64,000 nucleotides of DNA from a virus: positions 1 to 64,000 of the IMG/VR virus record IMGVR_UViG_3300037506_000184, one strand, 5' to 3'. Positions 16,251-23,247 of the stretch are shown here, in pieces (the stretch's first letter is position 1; every line of letters begins with the position of its first letter). The position numbers and the translations under genes were made by a program. The notes beneath the pieces are model-generated. The model did not search any database, was not told the DNA's origin, and worked only from the letters and a program-made list of their open reading frames with translations.

Positions 16251-17529
16251 GAAGAGGTTGGGTCAACGATGGGCGTTCCGTTCGAGACCCATCGCTCACC
16301 CTCTCCTTTCCCTTCAGATTTCCACCACTTGCAGCGGCTGACCGGTAGACTTTCGCCTCGGTGCTACCGGTCAGCCAGGCCAGCGGGTCCGTCGTCGAGC
16401 GCGGCATGTACCTGGCGTAGTGCTTCTGGAGCATGTCCAGGCTCGTGCCCGTGTAGTCGCAAACCCACTGCGGCGGGGCCGGTCGCGTCTCGTCCGAGAG
16501 CGCGAGCGAGATGAAGCTGTGGCGAAGCTGGTACATGCGCCGCGGCCGGATACCCAACGCCCGGAGCGCCGGTAGCCACTTCCGTTCGTAGACGCGCGCC
16601 TGCCTGATCGGCCGGCCCGACGCCGCGAGGAACACCGGCATCTCCGGCGTTACGTGCAGCGGCTTCAGGTCGGCCAGCACGGTCCGCAGGCGGGATGACA
16701 GCGGGCGTAGGACGCGCTCGCTCTTGTCCGTCTTCGGCGCCGCCCGCTTGCCATCGACGACGCTGCTGCGGATCGAGATGAGACCGTCGCCCTTCGTGTC
16801 GACCTCGCCCCAGCAGATCCCAGCCGCCTCGCCCGGGCGCATGCCGGTATCGGCGAGCGCGAGGATGAACACGTACGCGTGCCAGTCCTTCTTGGCGATG
16901 TAGTCGAGAATGGCTTCGATCTCATCGCGCGTGAACGGGTCCACCTTTTGCCGTAACTGACGCTGCCAGGCGATACCGTCGGCCGGATTCTCGGAGATGA
17001 GCTTTCGCGCCTTGGCTTCACCGAGCAGCATGTGAAGCGTGCCGATGATGTTGCGGGCGTACTTTGCCGAGTAGGTCGCCGCTGTCTTCTTCGTCGGCTT
17101 GGCCGAGGAGAGAATCTTCGTTTGCAGCGCGATCACGTCCTCGCGGCGGATCGACTCGAGCGGCTTCTTGCCGAGCGCCGGCCGAATCCACTTCTTTAGA
17201 TGCGTGGCGAGCTGCTTCGCGTAGCGATGGCGAACAGCCGGCGGCTTCCGCTCGGCCTGGATCGCATCGGCGAAGGCGGCAAACGTACCGGCCGCGGGAC
17301 GGTAGCGCTCGAAGCGCCGGATATGGTTGCCGTGCGGGAAGAACCGCACGTAGTCCTGATCGAACGTGCCCTGCTCCATCGACTCGACGATGAGCACGCG
17401 AAGCGCCTCGACCTTGGCGCGCGTGCGGTCGCCGTCCTTCACGCCCGCCGACTCCCACCACTTCTTGCCGCGCCACGCGATGATGAACGTGAGCGTGCCC
17501 GCCTTGTTCTTGGTGACCCAGCAGCCCAT
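16234..17529 (-). CDS. int: Tyrosine recombinase (phage integrase)
   Basis: Motifs present: ALADTGMRPGEAAGICWGEVD, a second box LRHSFISLAL, and the C-terminal HYARY catalytic Tyr region. A tail of roughly 40-50 aa follows the Tyr. Confidence 0.9.
   Translation of the reverse strand: MGCWVTKNKAGTLTFIIAWRGKKWWESAGVKDGDRTRAKVEALRVLIVESMEQGTFDQDYVRFFPHGNHIRRFERYRPAAGTFAAFADAIQAERKPPAVRHRYAKQLATHLKKWIRPALGKKPLESIRREDVIALQTKILSSAKPTKKTAATYSAKYARNIIGTLHMLLGEAKARKLISENPADGIAWQRQLRQKVDPFTRDEIEAILDYIAKKDWHAYVFILALADTGMRPGEAAGICWGEVDTKGDGLISIRSSVVDGKRAAPKTDKSERVLRPLSSRLRTVLADLKPLHVTPEMPVFLAASGRPIRQARVYERKWLPALRALGIRPRRMYQLRHSFISLALSDETRPAPPQWVCDYTGTSLDMLQKHYARYMPRSTTDPLAWLTGSTEAKVYRSAAASGGNLKGKERVSDGSRTERPSLTQPLRGRRK
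16340..16372. repeat. Perfect 9-bp inverted repeat GACCGGTAG-N15-CTACCGGTC inside the integrase 3' end
   Basis: Read directly from the DNA. A separate 7-bp hairpin (CGATGGG...CCCATCG) lies at 16267-16294. Confidence 0.5.
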
Positions 17530-17840
17530 CAGAGCCCACCTACCAGATCGAAGTCGCAGCGGGGGCGTCGAGCGCGGGCGGCGGGCTTTCGGAGCTCGCC
17601 ATCGTCGCCGGCGAGCCAGCGAATGAAAGCCGACTTGACGATGATCGTGTGCGCGCCGTGCGGGCGAGTGTAGTGAACGCCTTCGACGAGGATGCCGTCT
17701 TTGATCTTGCGGCGGATATCCCGCGGCGAGAATGGGCCGAGCTTCGAGGCTTCGACGACGCTGATGTAGTCGCGATCGTCAAGGGGGCGCACGTCTCCCG
17801 CCCCCTTCCCTGCCCTCTCATCGCGTCCCAACTCTGCCAC
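17529..17840 (-). CDS. Excisionase-like DNA-binding protein
   Basis: ISVVEASKLGPFSPRDIRRKIKDGILVEGVHYTRPHGAHTIIVKSAFIRWL. It lies directly upstream of int and overlaps it. Confidence 0.6.
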   Translation of the reverse strand: MAELGRDERAGKGAGDVRPLDDRDYISVVEASKLGPFSPRDIRRKIKDGILVEGVHYTRPHGAHTIIVKSAFIRWLAGDDGELRKPAARARRPRCDFDLVGGL

Positions 17841-18174
17841 CTTCCACCTCTGTCCGGCGGTCCCATCACCCGACCGCCCGGCTCCCCCTTGCGGCGATCA
17901 GCCCATGCGCCGCTTACGTCTCAGTTTCTTCCGTTCGCGCTCCCGTTCAGCCCGTTCGAGTTTCTCTCTGTTCTGCTTCCGCGCTACCCGGCGGACATGT
18001 CCTGATGGTCGCCGTCGATGCCACCGCCGAGGTCCGGATCGGAGCCCTTCGGGCACACTGGGACTTCCGGCCGAAGTCGCCAGGGCTCCAGACGGCCGTC
18101 GGTGAACTCTTGGCGGATCGCCCGCTTTCGTCCGCCGCCGTGCGTGTCGCCAGGGTCCTCATGAAGCAGGCGTC

Positions 18175-18366
18175 CTAGCGAGCAGCGGCGGCCTTATCGT
18201 AGGCGACTTCTTCGCGCCGGATTAGGTCACGGAGCCACTCCGAGACGCTCGACCTGCGTCGCCAGGCGGCCAGGTCGGGCAGCCGGCGATACTGATCGTC
18301 GCTGATCCTGATTTGCAGAGGCTTGCTGAGGTTTTCCACCCTTCGAGACTTCTGCCGCCGTGACAT
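18175..18366 (-). CDS. Ribbon-helix-helix (CopG/Arc-like) regulator, 63 aa
   Basis: KPLQIRISDDQYRRLPDLAAWRRRSSVSEWLRDLI has an RHH beta-alpha-alpha pattern. Confidence 0.6.
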   Translation of the reverse strand: MSRRQKSRRVENLSKPLQIRISDDQYRRLPDLAAWRRRSSVSEWLRDLIRREEVAYDKAAAAR

Positions 18367-18374
18367 GGCGTGGA

Positions 18375-18397
18375 GTGTAATATAGGTGTCATTACAC
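18375..18397. promoter_or_regulatory. Candidate operator GTGTAAT-N9-ATTACAC
   Basis: The inverted repeat lies between the two RHH genes, 9 nt upstream of the 18366 start. It contains GTGTCATTAC, which recurs inverted at 18813-18822. Confidence 0.5.
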
Positions 18398-18399
18398 TG

Positions 18400-18681
18400 T
18401 CAATCCTGATCCTTGGATTTTTTCTCGGCGGCCTGGTCGATCTCATCTAATTCGACTCCACGGAACTTCATGTAGTCGAGAGCGGCTTGATCGGCCGCTT
18501 TGTCGCACGCTTCGATGATCCACCGGGACAGGTTGCCGCGCGTCAGCTTGTCCGCAACCCGCTGCCATCGGGCCTTCGACTCGAGCGGAACCCTTATCTG
18601 CGTAAGCTCGGTGCGGCTATTCCGAGTCGTCTTCTTCTTCGCCTTTGGGGTTTTCACGCCCCACTCTGACAAGTCCGGCAT
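18400..18681 (-). CDS. Second RHH-like regulator, 93 aa
   Basis: TQIRVPLESKARWQRVADKLTRGNLSRWIIEACDK. The region has lower GC than its surroundings. Confidence 0.5.
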   Translation of the reverse strand: MPDLSEWGVKTPKAKKKTTRNSRTELTQIRVPLESKARWQRVADKLTRGNLSRWIIEACDKAADQAALDYMKFRGVELDEIDQAAEKKSKDQD

Positions 18682-18784
18682 GCGCTCGCCTAGATGGAAA
18701 AGGGGGCGAACCAGGCGGGCTAATGCCGCCCTCCTCGAGCGACTGCCGCGTCGAGCGTGAAAATTTCCGAACTTCGGACTTGAC

Positions 18785-18822
18785 GTGTAATTACACTTCC
18801 ATTACAGTCCCCGTAATGACAC
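18785..18822. promoter_or_regulatory. Candidate operator cluster: 12-bp palindrome GTGTAATTACAC plus CATTAC-N7-GTAATGACAC
   Basis: Lies in the 235-nt AT-richer intergenic region upstream of the 18681 start. It has the same half-site family as 18375-18397. Confidence 0.5.
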
Positions 18823-18916
18823 TTGGTGGCGAACGGGCAGAGGGGGGGCCGGATCGGCTGGGCGAATCTCCCCCCACCGCAACACGGGAGTCCGCGTGAC
18901 CTATTCGGTCCGCACG

Positions 18917-19390
18917 TCATTTCCGTGCCCCGGGCCTCTGGTCAATGAGTTGACCAAACGCCCTGACGCCCCAGATCAGCGCGGCCAAGCCTCCGAAGAT
19001 GGCGAACACGACGAGCACATCGGCCGCGGTCGCGGGTTTTGCGGGACGCCTCGGTGGAACGTCCCCCCTTTTCGTCCCTGCCCCGAACAGTCCCTCGATC
19101 TCATCCGCCGTCGTCCAGCCAGTACCCGTCACGCCACGCGGCCGGATCTCGACCAGCCCCCAGTCGAAGCCCATGACGAAGACTTCGGCGCCGGATCTGG
19201 TCGCTCCACATCGGCCGGCGTCGATCAGGCGCTGCGCGGCGACCCTGTCGCCCTGCTGGGTCAGCTTCACCATCAGCGCCATCTCGTCCTTGGTCGCGCA
19301 GGTGAAGCCCTGCCCCTTCAAGCGGTAGGGACCGTTCTGAGCCAGGACAGTGGCGGCGGCGAGCAAGAGCGCAATGCCGGGCATCGTCAT
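18917..19390 (-). CDS. Secreted protein with a C-terminal membrane anchor
   Basis: Signal peptide MTMPGIALLLAAATVLAQ. C-terminal TM helix VLVVFAIFGGLAALIWGV. Confidence 0.5.
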   Translation of the reverse strand: MTMPGIALLLAAATVLAQNGPYRLKGQGFTCATKDEMALMVKLTQQGDRVAAQRLIDAGRCGATRSGAEVFVMGFDWGLVEIRPRGVTGTGWTTADEIEGLFGAGTKRGDVPPRRPAKPATAADVLVVFAIFGGLAALIWGVRAFGQLIDQRPGARK

Positions 19391-19444
19391 CTACTGGTAC
19401 CGATTGCGGGGCAGACAGAGGGAGTCGGCACTACGCGATCTCCC

Positions 19445-19843
19445 TCAGTAGACCCCATCGTCGCACCGAGTCTCCCCGCCGCTCACCGCGCAGCGGAACC
19501 GCGGCTCGAGGCACACCCGGCACGCCATGCACCGGAGCCCCGCCAGCCTGCCGTTGACGCAGCGGTCGTACTCCGCCCCGCTGGCCTCGCCAGCCGTGCA
19601 CGGGCTGCAAGCGGTGGGGCGTCGGTCCTCGGCATCGACTCGGCATCCTCCGAGAAGGCCGAACAGGAGCAGCGCCAGGAACGGCAGCGTGAACAGCAGC
19701 GTCATGGCACAGCCGATACGGGTCATCTGGTCGCCGGTCTGCTGAAGCCGAAGAGCTGCCGTCGGCGGCCCGCCACATCTCGGGCAGACCTTCGCGAGCG
19801 AGCTGATCTCAGCCCCGCATTCTCGGCAGGTGATCAAGGGCAT
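19445..19843 (-). CDS. Zinc-ribbon membrane protein
   Basis: N-terminal CRECG...CPRCG, one TM helix, and a Cys-rich C-terminal domain. It is the first gene of the leftward block. Confidence 0.55.
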   Translation of the reverse strand: MPLITCRECGAEISSLAKVCPRCGGPPTAALRLQQTGDQMTRIGCAMTLLFTLPFLALLLFGLLGGCRVDAEDRRPTACSPCTAGEASGAEYDRCVNGRLAGLRCMACRVCLEPRFRCAVSGGETRCDDGVY

Positions 19844-19856
19844 GGCTCTCCCCTAT

Positions 19857-19902
19857 CCCGAACCGCAGCACATTCCCCCGTCGCCGCCGCCGTTGGTTCG
19901 GG
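19857..19902. promoter_or_regulatory. Inverted repeat CCCGAACC-N30-GGTTCGGG in the divergent control region
   Basis: Read directly from the DNA. It sits between the first leftward gene (start 19843) and the first rightward gene (start 19945). Confidence 0.35.
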
Positions 19903-19944
19903 CGGCCGGACGCTACCACCGGCAGTGACGGGAGCGCAAATCCG

Positions 19945-20193
19945 ATGATCTCCGAGCGCGCCCGTCGATTCCATTTCTACGCGGGCTTCCTCTCCGGCCT
20001 TCGCGGCAACCCTCCGACGATGGCCCGTGCCGGCGCGCCGGCCGACGTCAAGGCCGCGTTCGCCGATGGGCATGCAGCCGGGCGGGAGAGGCGGGAAGCG
20101 CGCGAGCACGCGGAGAGCGTTCCGCCGTGCGAGCGCACGGGCATCGAGTCGGACGAGTGCGACTGCATCGACCAGGAGGACCGTCGCGTATGA
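19945..20193 (+). CDS. Hypothetical 82-aa protein
   Basis: First ORF of the rightward block. No motif recognised. Confidence 0.45.
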   Translation: MISERARRFHFYAGFLSGLRGNPPTMARAGAPADVKAAFADGHAAGRERREAREHAESVPPCERTGIESDECDCIDQEDRRV

Positions 20194-20405
20194 CCGACCA
20201 GGCAACCGCAGAGGCCATCATCGAGGCCGCGAACGTCGCCGACGAGGCGATCCGCGACGGCTTGGAACTCCTTGCCGCCGCCGTGCTGTACGCGGACTGC
20301 CGCGACGAGGAGACGGCCGCGCGGCGGGTCGTGACGCTCAAGCAGTCGCTCCTCGTCGCGCGGGTCGAGCACGTCGAGAAGGCGAGAAAGGCGGCGGCCC
20401 AATGA
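20190..20405 (+). CDS. Hypothetical 71-aa protein
   Basis: ATGA overlap with the upstream stop (MTDQATAEAIIEAANVADEA...). Confidence 0.45.
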   Translation: MTDQATAEAIIEAANVADEAIRDGLELLAAAVLYADCRDEETAARRVVTLKQSLLVARVEHVEKARKAAAQ

Positions 20406-20584
20406 CGCTGCGCGAGCTGGCGCTGTTCTTCCTGACGGTTGTGCTCGCGGCCGTCGCGATCACCGCCGTCTGGCACGGCACGACAACGCCGGCGGGGCCG
20501 AGCACGGAGAGCGCCGTCGAGTTTTACCTGTTCGGCGAGGACGTGTGCCCGACGCCGACGTCGGTCGTTTGGATGGAGGTCTAA
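20402..20584 (+). CDS. Small single-TM protein, 60 aa
   Basis: ATGA overlap with the upstream stop (MTLRELALFFLTVVLAAVAITAVW...). Confidence 0.4.
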   Translation: MTLRELALFFLTVVLAAVAITAVWHGTTTPAGPSTESAVEFYLFGEDVCPTPTSVVWMEV

Positions 20585-20820
20585 TGCGCCACCTCACCAA
20601 GGGAATCGTCGTCGACGATGCCGGCCACTACTACTTCTCGCCTGTTCTGATCGCCGCCGCCGTCGCCGAGCTGTTCAACGAGGGCCAGACGCCGACCGGT
20701 CAGGCCGTCTCGCGGCTCCTGATCGAGCGCGCGCTCAATGCCGAGGCCGCCGGGGCCGATTCCGTCGGCGAGATTATGGAGCGACGCGGCAAGGCGCCGT
20801 TCACAAGGAGAGCGGCATGA
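20584..20820 (+). CDS. Hypothetical 78-aa protein
   Basis: TAATG overlap with the upstream stop (MRHLTKGIVVDDAGHYYFSP...). Confidence 0.45.
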   Translation: MRHLTKGIVVDDAGHYYFSPVLIAAAVAELFNEGQTPTGQAVSRLLIERALNAEAAGADSVGEIMERRGKAPFTRRAA

Positions 20821-20987
20821 TCGACGCGGCCACCCATGCGGATTCGATGATCCGCGCCTCCGGTGTCGAGCTCGCGCTCTCGCTGGCCCGCCTCAACGTG
20901 CAGCTCCGGCCGCGCGAGCGCGCAGGGTTCTGGCGGGACGTGGCGGCGGAGATCGAGAAGCGGCGGGAGAAGGAGACGGCGTCATGA
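20817..20987 (+). CDS. Hypothetical 56-aa protein
   Basis: ATGA overlap with the upstream stop (MIDAATHADSMIRASGVELAL...). Confidence 0.4.
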   Translation: MIDAATHADSMIRASGVELALSLARLNVQLRPRERAGFWRDVAAEIEKRREKETAS

Positions 20988-21250
20988 GAATCGTCGATCC
21001 CCAGCGGGACGCATCGCTGCTCGCCTTCGCGAAACGCGCGCACGCGCACTTCGCGGAATGTCCCAATCACTACTCGTATACCGATCAGGTCGAACGGCCC
21101 GACGACGGGCTCGCCTATGCCGCCATCCGACCGGGCGAACTGCTCGCGCTCAGGTGGAACGAGGTTACCGTCCTCGTCCTTCGCGTGAGCGACGTCGACG
21201 AGGTGCTGCTCTACGACGAGAGCAGCCTACAGCCGAAGATGGGAGAGTAG
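20984..21250 (+). CDS. Hypothetical 88-aa protein
   Basis: ATGA overlap with the upstream stop (MRIVDPQRDASLLAFAKRAHAHF...). Confidence 0.45.
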   Translation: MRIVDPQRDASLLAFAKRAHAHFAECPNHYSYTDQVERPDDGLAYAAIRPGELLALRWNEVTVLVLRVSDVDEVLLYDESSLQPKMGE

Positions 21251-21252
21251 CC

Positions 21253-22182
21253 ATGTTGACCGCGGAAGAACGCGCCCAGCGACGTCCCTACCTCGGCTCC
21301 TCCGACGCTGCGGCTATCCTCGGGCTCAGCCCGTTTGCGACCGCGCGCGACGTCTGGTGGGACAAGTGCGGCCCCGAGATCCCCGACGACGAGCTGAAGG
21401 AGCAGCAGTTCGGGAGCCTGCTCGAGGATGCCGTCTGCGCGTACGCCTCGAAGCGCCTCGGCCTTCCGATCACGCGGAAGGTGTTCGTTGTCGCCGATCG
21501 CGGACCCGGCGCCGGTGTTCTCGCCGCGAGCCTCGACGCCGTCGTCGACGGTCGCCCGGAAGGGGTCGAGGCGAAGACGGCGGGTAGCTCCGCAGGTTGG
21601 GGCGACGAGGGAAGCGACGAGGTGCCCGAGCACGTGCTGATCCAGTGCCAGCACCAAGCGTACGTCGCGAACCTGGAGCGCGTCTGGGTGCCGGCGCTCG
21701 TCGTCGGCTACCGCGCAGAGTTCCGCCTCTACTGCGTCAACCGGCACGAGGGGCTCATCAACGCGATCGTCGACGCGGAGATGCGCTTCTACCGCGAGCA
21801 CATCGAGCCGCGGATCCCGCCCGACGGCTACACCGTACCGCCGATCGAGTACGTGAAGCATGCGCGTCGGACGGCGGCAAAGACGGTCGAGCTCGACGCC
21901 GACGCAATCGCCGCGTGGAACGGGCTCGAGGAAGCGAAGGCAGAGGCGAAGCGGATCGAGAACCTCTGCGACGATCGGAAGGCGGCGGTTCTGGCACTGC
22001 TCGGCGATGCCGAGGCCGGCAAGCTGCCCGACGGCCGCACGATCACCTACTTCGAGCAGAACAGCGCGCCGCGCTGCGACTACACGCGGCTCCGCGCGCT
22101 TCACCCGGGCGCGTATCTCGAGTGCGTCTCGCAGGGGACGCACCGCACGCTCCGAATTCAGAAAGCCAAAGGAGGAAAGTGA
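21253..22182 (+). CDS. YqaJ-like (lambda Exo-type, PD-(D/E)XK) recombination exonuclease
   Basis: RPYLGSSDAAAILGLSPFATARDVWWDK is the YqaJ hallmark. Later motifs ASLDAVV...GVEAKT and QCQHQAY are also present. Confidence 0.8.
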   Translation: MLTAEERAQRRPYLGSSDAAAILGLSPFATARDVWWDKCGPEIPDDELKEQQFGSLLEDAVCAYASKRLGLPITRKVFVVADRGPGAGVLAASLDAVVDGRPEGVEAKTAGSSAGWGDEGSDEVPEHVLIQCQHQAYVANLERVWVPALVVGYRAEFRLYCVNRHEGLINAIVDAEMRFYREHIEPRIPPDGYTVPPIEYVKHARRTAAKTVELDADAIAAWNGLEEAKAEAKRIENLCDDRKAAVLALLGDAEAGKLPDGRTITYFEQNSAPRCDYTRLRALHPGAYLECVSQGTHRTLRIQKAKGGK

Positions 22183-22185
22183 ATC

Positions 22186-23172
22186 ATGGCAGACTCTCTC
22201 GAGCAGATGGCGGGGGTTCCCGCCGTGGCAAGGCCGACCGGCCCGGCTTCGTCGTTCCTCGACCCGGCGAGCTTCGAGCTGATCCAGCGCGTGGCGGGCA
22301 TGTTCGCCAAGGCCGAGGTCGTTCCGCAGCGTTTCCGCGGCAAGGTCGGGGACTGCGTGATCGCGATCGACATGGCGAACCGGCTCGACGCCTCGATCCT
22401 GCAGGTCATGCAAGCGCTCTATTCCGTGCACGGCAATCCGAGCTGGTCGGCAAAGTTCTTGATCGCCTCGTTCAACCAGTGCGGGCGCTTCTCCTCGATT
22501 CACTACAGGTGGATCGGAGAGAGGGGCAAGGATACGTGGGGCTGCGTCGCCTGGGCGACCGAGAAAGCGACCGGCGAGACCATCGAGGGCCCGGAGATCA
22601 CGATCGCCCTCGCGAAGAGCGAGGGCTGGTACAACAAGAACGGCTCCAAGTGGCAGACGATTCCCCAGCTCATGCTGATGTACCGCGCCGCGGCGTGGCT
22701 CGTGAACACGCACGCGCCGGAGATCAGCATGGGACTCCGGACCGTGGAGGAGAACGAGGAGATCGAGCTCGAGCCCCGCGGTGACGGATCGTACGGGGCA
22801 CCGAACGGAAACGGCGAGGCGAAGAGCCGCTCGGACGCGCTGGCCAACCGCCTCGGCCTGAAGGACGCGGACAGCAACGGGAACAGCGACGGCGGCACGG
22901 TTGTCGTCGAGCAGGACCCCGCCCTCGTCGAGCGCTGCAACGACCTGATCCTTTCGATCAACAGCTTCCACGTCGACGAGCCCGACGCGGGCGTCGACGC
23001 CCTCGAGGCGGCCGAGAACCAGCGCGACCTCGCCGGCATGGACAACGAGCGTCTGGCCGGCGTCGAGAAGTACCTCCGCAATGTGCTCGCGCAGAAGGAG
23101 AAGCTGAGCGGCGCGAAGAAGCCCGCCGGCAAGAGCGAGCAGCTCGGCCTCGGTGGGAAGTCGGAGATCTGA
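22186..23172 (+). CDS. recT: RecT-family single-strand annealing protein
   Basis: RecT-like core present: IAIDMANRLDASILQVMQALYSVHGNPSWSAKFLIASFN...AKSEGWYNKNGSKWQTIPQLMLMYRAAAWL. It sits next to the YqaJ exonuclease. Confidence 0.85.
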   Translation: MADSLEQMAGVPAVARPTGPASSFLDPASFELIQRVAGMFAKAEVVPQRFRGKVGDCVIAIDMANRLDASILQVMQALYSVHGNPSWSAKFLIASFNQCGRFSSIHYRWIGERGKDTWGCVAWATEKATGETIEGPEITIALAKSEGWYNKNGSKWQTIPQLMLMYRAAAWLVNTHAPEISMGLRTVEENEEIELEPRGDGSYGAPNGNGEAKSRSDALANRLGLKDADSNGNSDGGTVVVEQDPALVERCNDLILSINSFHVDEPDAGVDALEAAENQRDLAGMDNERLAGVEKYLRNVLAQKEKLSGAKKPAGKSEQLGLGGKSEI

Positions 23173-23247
23173 ACACCACGAGCCGTTAGGCGGCAGCGGT
23201 GAGAGCGCGGGGTGCCGCCATACAATCCCGCGTTTCGGAGCACCCAC

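Noticed and set aside
16267-16294. Hairpin containing TTCGAGA that briefly looked like a tRNA T-arm (possible tRNA-derived att site)
   Set aside because: The flanking 5-nt segments do not pair as a T-stem, and no acceptor or anticodon arms can be drawn. It is kept only as a hairpin within the integrase 3' region finding.
17841-18174. Possible small genes between the excisionase and the first RHH gene
   Set aside because: All frames are short, Arg-rich or lack starts (for example a KQNREKLERAERERERKKLRRKRR tail). No call can be supported.
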